Source: Anaeromyxobacteraceae bacterium (GTDB taxonomy: Bacteria > Myxococcota > Myxococcia > Myxococcales > Anaeromyxobacteraceae). Taken from it: a DNA stretch of 64,000 nt. The stretch spans positions 33,824 to 97,823 of the forward strand of contig JAULAX010000011.1 in assembly GCA_032654565.1 (NCBI GenBank), given 5' to 3'. Below are positions 22,145 through 32,688 of this stretch, in pieces; the stretch's first letter is position 1, and every line of letters starts with the position of its first letter. The notes under the pieces are model-generated. The model did not search any database and had not been told where the DNA came from. It saw only the letters and a list, made by a program, of their open reading frames with translations. A program made the translations under genes and the position numbers.

Positions 22145-22180
22145 AAAGCAGAGGGGCGGCGCCCCGAAGAGCGCCGCCCC
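22145..22180 (-). terminator. Intrinsic terminator after the multicopper oxidase gene
   Basis: - strand GGGGCGGCGCTC-TTCG-GGGCGCCGCCCC followed by TCTGCTTT. Confidence 0.7.
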
Positions 22181-22203
22181 GATGGCACGGCCGAGCGGTG
22201 CGG

Positions 22204-24672
22204 CTAGATGGGCAGGACCAGCACCGGCCGCATCATCTCGTTGTCCTCGTGGTCGACGATGTGGCAGTGCCAGACGTACGGACCGGCGGTGACCGGCTCC
22301 CAGAATGGGGTCGGGACGGCCTGGGCCACGGTCACCGGGGTCGTGATCGCGGTCTCTGGCACGGCGCATGCGAGGCCGGTCGCGTCCGGCGTGCACATGC
22401 ACGTGGTGGAGCCGGTCATCAGCGGGGCGCCAATGGTGGGCGTCGCGCAGACCTGCTGGGTGACCGGCGTGGTCACCGCCACCGGCGTGCCGTAGGTTGG
22501 GCTGGCCGGGTTGGGGTCGGTCGAGGTGAAGGTGGCCGCGGCCTGGTTGCAGACCGTGCCGGCGGTGCAGGCGCCGCCGGAGCCGGTGTCGGCCCAGGCG
22601 CCGTCCCACTTGGCGATGACGGTCAGGACCTCACCCGGGTAGGCGATGGCGGTGTCCTTCCAGCCGGACTCGGTCGGCAGCGGAGCCCGGAGCTTGCCGA
22701 CCAGCGTCGGCTTCGCCGCCAGGTTGTACTTCTGCGGGTTGATGGCCGGGTCGGTCGCCCCGAGCGCCGTCTGGAAGGCGGCCAGGTCGAAGGCCTGCCG
22801 GCTCACCACCTGGAACTGGACCAGGTGAAGGTGCATGGGGTGGGCGTCGACGGTGGTGTTGACGATCGTCCAGGCCTCGACCGTGCCGCGCTTCGGGGTC
22901 TCGGTGACCGCGTCCTCGAACCGCTTGCCGTCGATCTGGACGCGGAGCGGGAAGAGGGTGGTGGGGTCGAGCACCTCGTTGAGCACCATCTGCCGCGGGG
23001 GCGCGTTGGCGACCAGGGCGGGGCGGGCCACCAGCGCCGCGGGGGGAGTCCACGGGGCCGGCGAGGCCGGGAGGTTGGTCGGATCGTACGGGACCACCTG
23101 GAACTGGAGGATCTGCGCCATGCCGGCGAAGGGCCCGGCGCCGTTCGGCGCGATGCCGACGGGGTACGGAGCGGCGGCGCTGTTGGCCATCGTGATCTTG
23201 GCGTTGGAGTCGACCGCGGAGAAGTCGACGACGACGTCATACCGCTCACCGGGGCACATGGTGATGGTGCGGACGTTGCGCACCGCCGGCAGGTAGCCCT
23301 GGTCGCTGCCGATCACCTGGAAGGTCGGGGCGGCGCCGACGCTGGCGCGCAGGCTGAGCACATAGCAGCGGGCGTTGGAGCCGTCGAGGAGGCGCAGCCG
23401 GTAGGGGCGCTTCTCCACCTTCACCTTCGGCCAGATGACGCCGTTGACCACCGGGATGTCGCCGAAGTACTCGGGGACCCACTGCGGGTGGATGGTCGGG
23501 TTGGGGCCGGGGGTGAGCGGGTTCCAGGTGGCGACGCCGGCCGGCGCGACCTGGCCGAGGCCGTTGGGGAAGTTGATGGTGCCGTCGATGTTGAAGGCGC
23601 GGTCCTGGATGGCGATGGGGAGGTCGAAGCAGGCCGAGGCCTTGGTGGCGACGCCGGCGTTCTTGAGCACGCCGGCGACCGAGCAGTCACCGCGCGGCGG
23701 CAGGCCGAGCGCATTCTCCTTGACCGGGTCCTCGACGAAGAAGAAGCCGGCCGGCCCGGCGGCCACGTTGATGCGGGTCTTGCCGAGGGCGTGGTCGTGG
23801 TACCAGATCGGGGCGGCGTCCTGGACCATCGGGTAGTTGTAGATGGCCGAGTTGCCGGCGGGGCGGACCAGGTTGCCGAGCTCGATGGCGTTGGCGACGC
23901 CGCCGGTGTCGAAGATCGGGTCGATGTTCTGCACGGCCCCGTTCGAGCTGCCGGTGACGGGCAGCGAGGGGAACTGGCCAGCGGTGTAGGCGGCGGCAGA
24001 GTTGACGTTGCCGAACCAGAGCTCCGCGAGGCCGTCGGAGTCGGGCGGGATCTCGCCGCCGTGGAGGTGGACCACCATGGCGTTGTCCGGCTGCTGGTGG
24101 CTGCCGAACGGGCCGACGGCGCCCTGGACACCCATCAGCGTCCGGTCGATGGCGCAGGGGACGTTCGGGTTCTGCGGCTGCGGGCAGAAGAGGTGCTGGT
24201 CGGGGGCGTTGTTGATCCACTTCACCTTGACCGGGCGACCCTTGAGGGCGCGGAAGCTCATGGAGGGGTAAGTCGAGGCGCCGTTGAGCGCGTAGGTGCC
24301 GGGGGCGTTGACCTGCGAGTAGCCCCAGACCGGGGTGCACATCGGCAGGCCCGGCGCCTTGCGGGTGTTGGGCGGGGTGCGCAGCCCGAGCCACTGGGTC
24401 CCGGCCGAGCAGCCACCCTGCGGGAAGGCGACCGGGACCGGGGTCACCGGCGACATCTGGACTTCGTAGTAGTCGAACCCGGGGAAGGTGGCGCGATCCG
24501 GGACGTAGTCGATGGGGACGGGGAGGTCGAGGGTGAAGCGGTTCTGGGTCCCCGGCAGCAGCGGCTGGACCCCGCCAGGCACGATCTGGGCGTGAGCGAG
24601 CGACGCCCACGCGGTGACGGCGAAGACCGCCGCGGCCATGCCAAACTTGAGGACTCGATTGATGGTGTTCAC
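22204..24672 (-). CDS. Secreted multicopper oxidase (CotA/bilirubin oxidase-like)
   Basis: Copper motifs VHLHG, WYHDH, HPMHLH, WHCHIVDHEDNEMM; signal peptide ending AHA; GTG 24672 follows AGGGGGA. Confidence 0.92.
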   Translation of the reverse strand: MNTINRVLKFGMAAAVFAVTAWASLAHAQIVPGGVQPLLPGTQNRFTLDLPVPIDYVPDRATFPGFDYYEVQMSPVTPVPVAFPQGGCSAGTQWLGLRTPPNTRKAPGLPMCTPVWGYSQVNAPGTYALNGASTYPSMSFRALKGRPVKVKWINNAPDQHLFCPQPQNPNVPCAIDRTLMGVQGAVGPFGSHQQPDNAMVVHLHGGEIPPDSDGLAELWFGNVNSAAAYTAGQFPSLPVTGSSNGAVQNIDPIFDTGGVANAIELGNLVRPAGNSAIYNYPMVQDAAPIWYHDHALGKTRINVAAGPAGFFFVEDPVKENALGLPPRGDCSVAGVLKNAGVATKASACFDLPIAIQDRAFNIDGTINFPNGLGQVAPAGVATWNPLTPGPNPTIHPQWVPEYFGDIPVVNGVIWPKVKVEKRPYRLRLLDGSNARCYVLSLRASVGAAPTFQVIGSDQGYLPAVRNVRTITMCPGERYDVVVDFSAVDSNAKITMANSAAAPYPVGIAPNGAGPFAGMAQILQFQVVPYDPTNLPASPAPWTPPAALVARPALVANAPPRQMVLNEVLDPTTLFPLRVQIDGKRFEDAVTETPKRGTVEAWTIVNTTVDAHPMHLHLVQFQVVSRQAFDLAAFQTALGATDPAINPQKYNLAAKPTLVGKLRAPLPTESGWKDTAIAYPGEVLTVIAKWDGAWADTGSGGACTAGTVCNQAAATFTSTDPNPASPTYGTPVAVTTPVTQQVCATPTIGAPLMTGSTTCMCTPDATGLACAVPETAITTPVTVAQAVPTPFWEPVTAGPYVWHCHIVDHEDNEMMRPVLVLPI

Positions 24673-24767
24673 TTGGTATTCCCCCTGCGATCTAGGTGTT
24701 CCGGTGCGGCGGTGGTATCTCCTGTGAGTCAACTTCTGTTGTCCCCTCAACTCCGAGTCAAAAGATG

Positions 24768-24781
24768 TTGACCACGATCAA
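24768..24781. promoter_or_regulatory. FNR/CRP-family-like box
   Basis: TTGAC-CACG-ATCAA, 1 mismatch to TTGAT-N4-ATCAA, in an AT-richer divergent intergenic region. Confidence 0.45.
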
Positions 24782-25072
24782 GTGCGTGAGCGACAATTAG
24801 CCGCATAGAACAGCAAGGGAAAGTACCGTGATGTGGGTACACGCACACCACCGCCACAATTGGCAACAATGTGCTGCAATGTAGGTCGCGTCTTCGATTC
24901 GCCCCTCCTTGAGGTCACGGACCCTGCAGCCATTCATCACATCCCAATGGGGGGCAGAGAGGTGGAATCGCGCCGGGAATGGCTATCCTCCTCGGCGAGT
25001 TGCTCCGTGTTCCGTGGGCCATTCCGTGGAGCGATCCGCGAGCCGTTTCGTGAGCTGCGAGGGGAGCGTTCG

Positions 25073-26161
25073 ATGACGATCTTCACCGCGGCGGCGCTCC
25101 TGGCGCTCGCCATCGCCGGCCCGCCGTCCGCCGGTGGTCCACGGCCCGCCGGCGCCACGCCCTCCGCCGAGGCCGTGGCGCTCTTCCCGATCCTGCGTGA
25201 CGGAAAGTGGGGGTACATCGACCGCACCGGCCAGGTGGTGATCCCGCCGCGCTTCGAGCGGGCCGGCCCCTTCTCGGAGGGGCTGGCCGCCTACGAGGAC
25301 GGGGCCGAGTTCGGCTACGTCGACGCCAGGGGGAAGAAGGTCCTGCTCCCCGCCCACCTCCCGGCCGGCGTCATCCACCGCCCCTTCTCGGCGGGGCTGG
25401 CCGCGGTCCGGGTCGGGGCGCTCCACGGCTACATGGACCGGAGCGGGAAGCTGGCCCTCCCCGCCCGCTACACCACCGCCAGCGACTTCACCCAGGGTTA
25501 TGCGATGGCCTGCGACGACGCCGGCTGCGGCTACCTCGATCCGGCCGGCCGCGGGGCCGTCGGCTACGGCTTCATGGGGTCGGCCCCGGTGAGCGAGGGG
25601 GTGGCCTGCATCAACCTGGCCATGGGGATGGGGCACCAGCGGGTCGAGCTGCGACGGCTCGACGGCACCACCATCCCCGGCGAGTGGGAAGGGTGCGGGA
25701 AGATGTCGGAGGGGCTGGTGGCGGTCCGCTACCGCGGCAGCTGGGGCTACGTCGACGGGCGCGGCCAGGTGGCCATCCAGCGCCGGTTCGAGAAGGCGGG
25801 TGACTTCGTCGGCGGCCTGGCACCGGTGACCATGGGGGAGGGGCGGTGCGGCTACATCGAGAAGTCGGGGCGGCTCGCCATCCCGGCGCGCTACGCGGCG
25901 TGCCAGCCGTTCTCGGATGGGCTGGCCCGCGTCGACCTCGCCAGGGATCCGGCCGACGGGGAGCAGGTCGCCTTCATCGACCGCGACGGGAAGGTGGTGG
26001 TGGAGGGCGCGCAGGCCTCGCCACCCTTCGACTCGGCCGAGCCGTTCGAGAACGGCCTCGCCGCCGTGGGGGTCGGGGGACCGCCCCATATGGCCGGGAG
26101 CGGAACGCTGCTCGGCTACGTAAACAGGGAAGGCCGCTACGTCTGGAAGCCGGTCAACTGA
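25073..26161 (+). CDS. WG-repeat (KWG-like) exported protein
   Basis: Repeats of the type KWGYIDRTGQVVIPPRFERAGPFSEGLA; signal peptide; SD GGGGAG. Confidence 0.88.
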   Translation: MTIFTAAALLALAIAGPPSAGGPRPAGATPSAEAVALFPILRDGKWGYIDRTGQVVIPPRFERAGPFSEGLAAYEDGAEFGYVDARGKKVLLPAHLPAGVIHRPFSAGLAAVRVGALHGYMDRSGKLALPARYTTASDFTQGYAMACDDAGCGYLDPAGRGAVGYGFMGSAPVSEGVACINLAMGMGHQRVELRRLDGTTIPGEWEGCGKMSEGLVAVRYRGSWGYVDGRGQVAIQRRFEKAGDFVGGLAPVTMGEGRCGYIEKSGRLAIPARYAACQPFSDGLARVDLARDPADGEQVAFIDRDGKVVVEGAQASPPFDSAEPFENGLAAVGVGGPPHMAGSGTLLGYVNREGRYVWKPVN

Positions 26162-26184
26162 GAAGAACCACCGGGAGCGCCACC

Positions 26185-26901
26185 GTGACCCTCCTTCCCA
26201 TCCTCCTCGCGCTCGGGCTCGCCGCCTCCGCGGTCGCACCTGCCCCCGCGGTCGCATCTGCCTCCGCGGTCGCACCTGCCCCCGCGGGCCGGGGTGCCGC
26301 CGCGCCCGAGGAAGCCGATCCGAACCCCTGGGGTCAGCCGCCCACCGGCGCCGCCGAGGACGTCGCGCTCTGGACCACGCTGCGCGACTCGCAGAACCAG
26401 GCCGTGCTCCAGATGAGCCGGATCGCCCAGGCCTCCTACCGGATCCGCTACGGGCGCTACTACGAGCGGCTCGACCAGCTCTCCGGGACCACGCCCGGCC
26501 CGGTCCCGGACCAGGCCCGCCGCCTGCGCTCCCGCCTGGAGGTGGCGGCTCGCCAGGCCGACGAGGGGATCCCCAAGACCGGGCTCCGGGTCCGGGTCTG
26601 CAAGTACACGCTGCTCCACCTCGACCAGCGCCTGCGGCTCCCCGACGAACCGTCCATGAAGGTGGAGCTGCCCAGGGTGCGGGCCGAGGCGCGCAGCTGC
26701 ACCGGAGAGCTGGTCCCCTTCGCGGCCAAGGTCCTGGCGCTGGCCGACGCGCTCGACGCCGCGGTGGCCGACGCCGAGACCTTCCTGGACCGGGAGGAAC
26801 CGGCCCCGCCGACCGCCCCCACGCCCACGCCGGCGCCGTCCGCGGCGCCGCCGGCCACCGGGGCCTCCTCCCCCGCGCCGAGCGCAGGAACCCGTCCATG
26901 A
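26185..26901 (+). CDS. Hypothetical exported protein
   Basis: 3' part of ORF 25846..26901; GTG after GGGAG; signal peptide; 18-bp tandem repeats at about 26224-26287. Confidence 0.65.
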   Translation: MTLLPILLALGLAASAVAPAPAVASASAVAPAPAGRGAAAPEEADPNPWGQPPTGAAEDVALWTTLRDSQNQAVLQMSRIAQASYRIRYGRYYERLDQLSGTTPGPVPDQARRLRSRLEVAARQADEGIPKTGLRVRVCKYTLLHLDQRLRLPDEPSMKVELPRVRAEARSCTGELVPFAAKVLALADALDAAVADAETFLDREEPAPPTAPTPTPAPSAAPPATGASSPAPSAGTRP

Positions 26902-27527
26902 CCCCTCGCAAGATCCTCCTGGCCGCCGTGGCCATCGCGCTCCTCCTCGTCGGCGCCAGCCTGCTGGTGCTCGACCGGATGGACCGGACGGCGGGGCCGG
27001 GCGCGGGCGGGGCCACGCCGTCGAACGCAGACCCGGTGGCCGGCGCGACGCCGGGCGTCGGCTCGACCCCGGCGCTCGCCGACGCGCCCGCCGAGCCCCC
27101 GCCGCTGGTCACCCCGCCCAACATCGGGGCCCGGCCCAGCGCCGCGTCCAGCATCCCCTGGGACGAGGTGCCCATGGCCTCGAAGCTGGGCGAGCTCGGC
27201 CCCGGGCTGGCGGCGCCGGTCAACACGGCGCTGCGCGCCGCGCGCGCCACCATCGAGTCCTGCTTCGAGGAGGACCGGCAGCTGCGCGCCAGCCGTCCGG
27301 CCCCCACCTACGATCCCGACAACATGCCGACCGGCCCGGCGGTGCTGGTGCTCCAACTCGAGTCGAGGGGCGGCGCGCTCGACGTGGTCGCCGCCACGGT
27401 CGAGTCGCTCGGCACCTCGACCCGCGAGCTGGCCAACTGCGCCTGCCAGGTGCTACGGGGCTGGCCCATCCCGGCGCCCGCCGCCAGCCCGGGGCGCCGC
27501 TACCGGCTCAAGTACCCGCTCCACTAG
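26898..27527 (+). CDS. Hypothetical membrane-anchored protein (possible TonB-C/AgmX-like C-terminal fold)
   Basis: ATGA overlap; N-terminal TM helix, Pro-rich linker, Cys-containing C-terminal domain ending LKYPLH. Confidence 0.6.
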   Translation: MTPRKILLAAVAIALLLVGASLLVLDRMDRTAGPGAGGATPSNADPVAGATPGVGSTPALADAPAEPPPLVTPPNIGARPSAASSIPWDEVPMASKLGELGPGLAAPVNTALRAARATIESCFEEDRQLRASRPAPTYDPDNMPTGPAVLVLQLESRGGALDVVAATVESLGTSTRELANCACQVLRGWPIPAPAASPGRRYRLKYPLH

Positions 27528-28518
27528 GCGGTGCGGGCGGGGCCCCGGTCGGCTCGACACCACCTGGTGCGGCGCCGCGCGCCGTGAGGAACGACGCGGC
27601 CTCCGGCGCCGGCGGCAGCCAGCGCCCCGCCGCAGCGACCACCAGCCCGAGGAGCCCCACCCCGGTGGCGAGGACCAGGGCCGCGTCCGCCGGGCGAGTC
27701 ACCAGCTCATCGCCGGCCGGCTCCGCCCCCGGGCTGGCCAGCAGGCCGATCACCGCCAGGCCGTTGTTGAGGGCGTGGGCCAGCATCGACGGCCAGACCG
27801 AGCCGGTCGCCCAGGCCAGCCAGCCGTAGACCACCCCGAGCAGGAGGACGCCGGGGAACCGGACCGGGTCGAGGTGGTAGAGGGCGAAGACCAGCGACGA
27901 GAGGGCGATGGCCCGCCGCGGGGAGCGGCGCCCGGCCAGCCCCGACTGCAGGCCGCCGCGGAAGGCCAGCTCCTCGCAGGTGGCCGGGACGATGGCGGCC
28001 ACCAGCAGCAGCAGCCACGGGCTCCAGGGCTCCAGGGCCAGCGCCCGCCGCACGTCGAACTGCTCGAGGAGGCTCCGCGGCAGGGCCGCCCGGGTGAGCC
28101 CGTGGAGCCCGGCCCCCGCGACCATGGCGGCCAGCCCGGCCGCCCCGCCGAGGCCGAGGATCCTGGCCGAGGGGGCGGGCGCCAGGCGCAGCAGCCGCGA
28201 GGGGCGGTAGCCGGATCGCCAGGCCCAGACCAGCGTCGGGACCAGCACCGCCGCCTGCATGGCGAGGAGGCGGGCCAGCCCGGACCAGCGCCCCAGCAGC
28301 GAGTAGGGGAAGAGGAGGAGGATGGGGACGGCGGCCGCCAGGAAGAGGGCCAGCGTGGCGAGGGACGGAGGCTCGTTCACGGGCCGGGGCTCGACGACCG
28401 GCGAGGCGCCCGGCCCCCCTCCGGCGGCCCCGTCCCCGGCCACCGGCGTCGGCGCCTCGGCCTGCGGCGGCGCCGGCGGCTCGGTCGGCGACCCGGCGGC
28501 TGTCGAGGGCGGCTCCAC
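27508..28518 (-). CDS. CPBP family intramembrane glutamic endopeptidase (Abi/CAAX type II)
   Basis: CEELAFRG, FALYH, HALNN motifs. Confidence 0.88.
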   Translation of the reverse strand: MEPPSTAAGSPTEPPAPPQAEAPTPVAGDGAAGGGPGASPVVEPRPVNEPPSLATLALFLAAAVPILLLFPYSLLGRWSGLARLLAMQAAVLVPTLVWAWRSGYRPSRLLRLAPAPSARILGLGGAAGLAAMVAGAGLHGLTRAALPRSLLEQFDVRRALALEPWSPWLLLLVAAIVPATCEELAFRGGLQSGLAGRRSPRRAIALSSLVFALYHLDPVRFPGVLLLGVVYGWLAWATGSVWPSMLAHALNNGLAVIGLLASPGAEPAGDELVTRPADAALVLATGVGLLGLVVAAAGRWLPPAPEAASFLTARGAAPGGVEPTGAPPAPPSGAGT

Positions 28519-28572
28519 GGCCACCATCTTACCCGGTGTCCGCCCCGCCCCGGGTCGGCTAGCATGCGCCGC

Positions 28573-29802
28573 ATGGATTTCGCGAACCGGACGGTGGTGC
28601 TCGGCGTGGGCGGGGGCATCGCCGCCTACAAGGCCTGCGACGTGGCCCGGCTGGTGGTGAAGGGGCGGGGCCGGGTGCGGGTGGCCATGACCCGCGCCGC
28701 CACCCGCTTCGTCGGCCCGCTCACCTTCCAGGCGCTCAGCGGCGCCCCGGTGGTGGTGGACCTGCTCGACGAGCAGACCGAGCGGAGCTACGGCCACCTG
28801 CAGCTGGCGCGCGAGGCCGACCTCTTCCTGGTGGCGCCGGCCACCGCCGACCTGATCGCCCGGCTCCGCGCCGGCATGGGCGACGACGCCGTCACCACCA
28901 CGGCGCTGGCCGTCACCTGCCCGGTGCTCATCGCCCCGGCCATGAACACCCGGATGTGGAAGAACCCGGCGGTGCAGGAGAACCTCGCGGCGCTGGTGGC
29001 CCGCGGCTGGCACGTGGTCGGCCCGGGCACCGGCGTGCTGGCCGACGGCGACGTCGGCGAGGGGCGGCTGGCCGAGCCGGAGGAGATCGCCACCGCCGCC
29101 TCAAGGCTGCTCGGCAACCTCGATCTCTCCGGCCGCCGCGTGGTGGTCACCGCCGGCCCGACCCGCGAGCCCATCGACCCGGTCCGCTTCATCTCCAACC
29201 CCTCCTCGGGGAAGATGGGCTACGCGCTGGCGGCCGTGGCGGCCCGGCGCGGGGCCGAGGTGGTGATGGTCTCCGGCCCCACCTCGCTGCCGGATCCGGC
29301 CGGGGTCCGTACCATCCGCGTCGAGACCGCCGAGGAGATGGCGCGGGCGGTGGACGAGGTGGCCGGCGGCATGGACCTCTTCATCGGGGCCGCCGCCGTC
29401 TCCGACTACCGGCCCACCACCTCGGCCTCCCACAAGGTGAAGAAGGGGGCCGGCGACGAGACCCTCAAGCTGACCCGCACGCCGGACATCCTCGCCGGCC
29501 TCGGGGCCCGCCTGGCCGGCAAGCCCGACGCCCCGGTGCTGGTCGGCTTCGCCGCCGAGACCGAGGAGGTCATCACCCGGGCCCGGGAGAAGCTGAAGGG
29601 GAAGCGCTGCGACCTGGTGGTGGCCAACAAGGTGGGGCTCCCCAACGCCGGCTTCGGCGCCGACACCAACCGGGTGGCGCTGGTCTCGGCCACCGAGCTG
29701 GCCGAGATCGAGGGGCCCAAGGAGCGGGTGGCCGAGGCCATCGTCGACTGGATCCTGCCGGTGCTCGAGGCCCGGCGCCCCCGCGCCACGCCGCTCAAGT
29801 AG
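28573..29802 (+). CDS. coaBC: Phosphopantothenoylcysteine decarboxylase / phosphopantothenate--cysteine ligase
   Basis: GGIAAYKA, APATAD, PAMNTRMW, TAGPTREPIDPVRFISNPSSGKMG, GFAAET. Confidence 0.97.
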   Translation: MDFANRTVVLGVGGGIAAYKACDVARLVVKGRGRVRVAMTRAATRFVGPLTFQALSGAPVVVDLLDEQTERSYGHLQLAREADLFLVAPATADLIARLRAGMGDDAVTTTALAVTCPVLIAPAMNTRMWKNPAVQENLAALVARGWHVVGPGTGVLADGDVGEGRLAEPEEIATAASRLLGNLDLSGRRVVVTAGPTREPIDPVRFISNPSSGKMGYALAAVAARRGAEVVMVSGPTSLPDPAGVRTIRVETAEEMARAVDEVAGGMDLFIGAAAVSDYRPTTSASHKVKKGAGDETLKLTRTPDILAGLGARLAGKPDAPVLVGFAAETEEVITRAREKLKGKRCDLVVANKVGLPNAGFGADTNRVALVSATELAEIEGPKERVAEAIVDWILPVLEARRPRATPLK

Positions 29803-29883
29803 CCGGGCCGGCGCCCCGGTCGGGCCGGCCCGCGCACCGCGCCCTCACCGCACCCCTCGCCAGGGATGGGGACTCGCGGGTGG

Positions 29884-30846
29884 TCAGGCCCCGGCGATGC
29901 GGGCCGCCCGCGGCGGCAGCACCAGCGTCCCGTGGATGGCCCGCCGAAACGAGTCGCGCGACTCGCCCACCAGCTGGTGGGCCTCGATGCCGGTCAGCTT
30001 CCCGGAGCGGACCTGGGCGGCCAGCATGCGCCGCAGCTTCTCCGACATGGCCAGGTTGCGCTCACCGGTGGCGTCGGCGCGGGCAGCCTCGCAGCCGCGG
30101 CCCTCGAGGAGCAGGCCGAGGATGGCCTCCACCGCCAGGTCGTTCACCTCCTCGACCAGGTCGTCCTCCAGCGGCAGCCGGCGCGAGCGGGCCAGCGCCA
30201 GCCGCGAGACGTGCTGGAAGCGCTTCATCCGGGCGCTCATCACCAGGTAGCGGAAGAGGTGGCGCGACAGGCCGAAGGGGAGCACCGAGGAGCGCTTCAG
30301 GGTGCGGCGCAGGAACAGGTCGTGGGTGATGGTGGCCCGGGAGGAGACCCGCTTGGCCATCTCCGAGTAGGAGGGGTCGAGCCGCTGGTCGAAGCGCAGC
30401 TCCCAGTAGGCGTGGCCGGTGCGGGCCTTGTGGAAGGAGGAGAGGGTCTTCCAGGGGACGTAGTAGTTGTGGGCCACGGTGTCGGCGGCGAGGTGGGCGA
30501 GGAAGCCCCAGGAGAAGGCCTTCTCCTCGCCTGGGCGCGCCTCGTCGAGCACCGCGAAGCCGACCTGCCAGTTGTGGGCGTGGTGGACGAAGCGGGCCAG
30601 GTTCTTGCCCACCACGATGTCGGCCGCCAGCGAGCCGTAGAGGAACTCGTTGCCGAAGTCGGCCAGCAGGTTGCGCAGCGGCCCGGCCAGCGGGCCGGTG
30701 GCGGCCAGCGCCTGGGCCGAGAAGGAGAGGTGGGCCAGCGGCCCCCAGGCCAGCGCGTCGGAGGGCCATGCGAGGATGAGGAGCGCGCCGGCCCCCAGGC
30801 AGGCCTGGACGGCCCAGCGGAGCAGGGTGGCGGTGCGCGAGGACAT
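29884..30846 (-). CDS. Zinc-dependent phospholipase C family protein
   Basis: Signal peptide then mature W-G-x-x-x-H (AWGPLAH), [25 protein letters not shown]. Confidence 0.8.
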   Translation of the reverse strand: MSSRTATLLRWAVQACLGAGALLILAWPSDALAWGPLAHLSFSAQALAATGPLAGPLRNLLADFGNEFLYGSLAADIVVGKNLARFVHHAHNWQVGFAVLDEARPGEEKAFSWGFLAHLAADTVAHNYYVPWKTLSSFHKARTGHAYWELRFDQRLDPSYSEMAKRVSSRATITHDLFLRRTLKRSSVLPFGLSRHLFRYLVMSARMKRFQHVSRLALARSRRLPLEDDLVEEVNDLAVEAILGLLLEGRGCEAARADATGERNLAMSEKLRRMLAAQVRSGKLTGIEAHQLVGESRDSFRRAIHGTLVLPPRAARIAGA

Positions 30847-30913
30847 CGGATCGATCCTAGGGCCGGCGCGGGTGTCGCCGCAATGGTCAGGCGGGTCGTC
30901 AGGAGCGGGGCGC

Positions 30914-31795
<882 letters not shown>

Positions 31796-31926
31796 CCGGC
31801 GCCTGAAATAGCCGCGCCCCCGGGGACGTAAGGATGGAGGTCCCTCTGGGGAGAGTGACAGCGGCGGCGCCGGGCCGGGGGCATCCTGGTCCGGGGCCAC
31901 CGCGTTCCCCGCGTCAGGAGCCTGCC

Positions 31927-32646
31927 ATGCGCCGTCGTGCCACAGCCGCCAGCCTCGCCCTCGTCGCCGCCCTCGCCCTCCCGACCCCCGCCGCCGCCTG
32001 GGGCTGGGGAGGCACCCGCGGTGACGGCAAGAAGGTCACCCAGCCCCGCACCGTCGCGGCCTTCACCTCGATCCGCCTGGTGGGGTCGCTCGACGCCACC
32101 GTCAAGGTGGGCGGGGCGCCGTCGGTGGCGGTCACCATCGACCAGAACCTCCAGCCGTCGGTCACCACCGAGGTCAGCGGCGAGACCCTGGTGATCCAGG
32201 TCCGTGACGCCTCCTGGGACGGCACCGGGGTGGTCGAGATCACCCTGCCGGCGCTGCGCGGCTTCGCCATCGAGGGATCGGCCGACGCCACCATCGACGG
32301 CGGGCAAGGCGACCTGGAGTTCAAGATCAAGGGCTCCGGTGACCTGCGCTGGCGCGGGGCGGCCGCCCGGATCGACGCCTCCATCTCCGGCTCCGGCGAC
32401 ATGCGGCTGGCTGGGACCGCCGAGCGGGCCACCCTCTCGGTGGCCGGCTCGGGCGACATCCAGGCTGGCGGGCTGACCGCCCGGGCCGCCTCCATCTCGG
32501 TGGCCGGCTCGGGTGACGTGGAGCTGACGCTCGACGGCGGGCCGCTCAACGTCTCCATCGCCGGCTCCGGCGACGTGGTCTGGCACGGCAAGGCGCAGGT
32601 CGAGCAGGCCGCGGTGAGCGGCTCGGGCTCGATCACCCGGCGCTGA
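31927..32646 (+). CDS. DUF2807/GIN domain beta-helix exported protein
   Basis: Repeated xGSGDx motifs; signal peptide; SD AGGAG. Confidence 0.85.
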   Translation: MRRRATAASLALVAALALPTPAAAWGWGGTRGDGKKVTQPRTVAAFTSIRLVGSLDATVKVGGAPSVAVTIDQNLQPSVTTEVSGETLVIQVRDASWDGTGVVEITLPALRGFAIEGSADATIDGGQGDLEFKIKGSGDLRWRGAAARIDASISGSGDMRLAGTAERATLSVAGSGDIQAGGLTARAASISVAGSGDVELTLDGGPLNVSIAGSGDVVWHGKAQVEQAAVSGSGSITRR

Positions 32647-32688
32647 GGCGACGGAGCGGGGCCGCGGAGGCCCCGGCCGGCCCGGCCG

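Noticed and set aside
24860..24880. TGGCAAC...TGC as a sigma54 promoter
   Set aside because: GG-to-GC spacing is 9 or 12 nt, not the required 10
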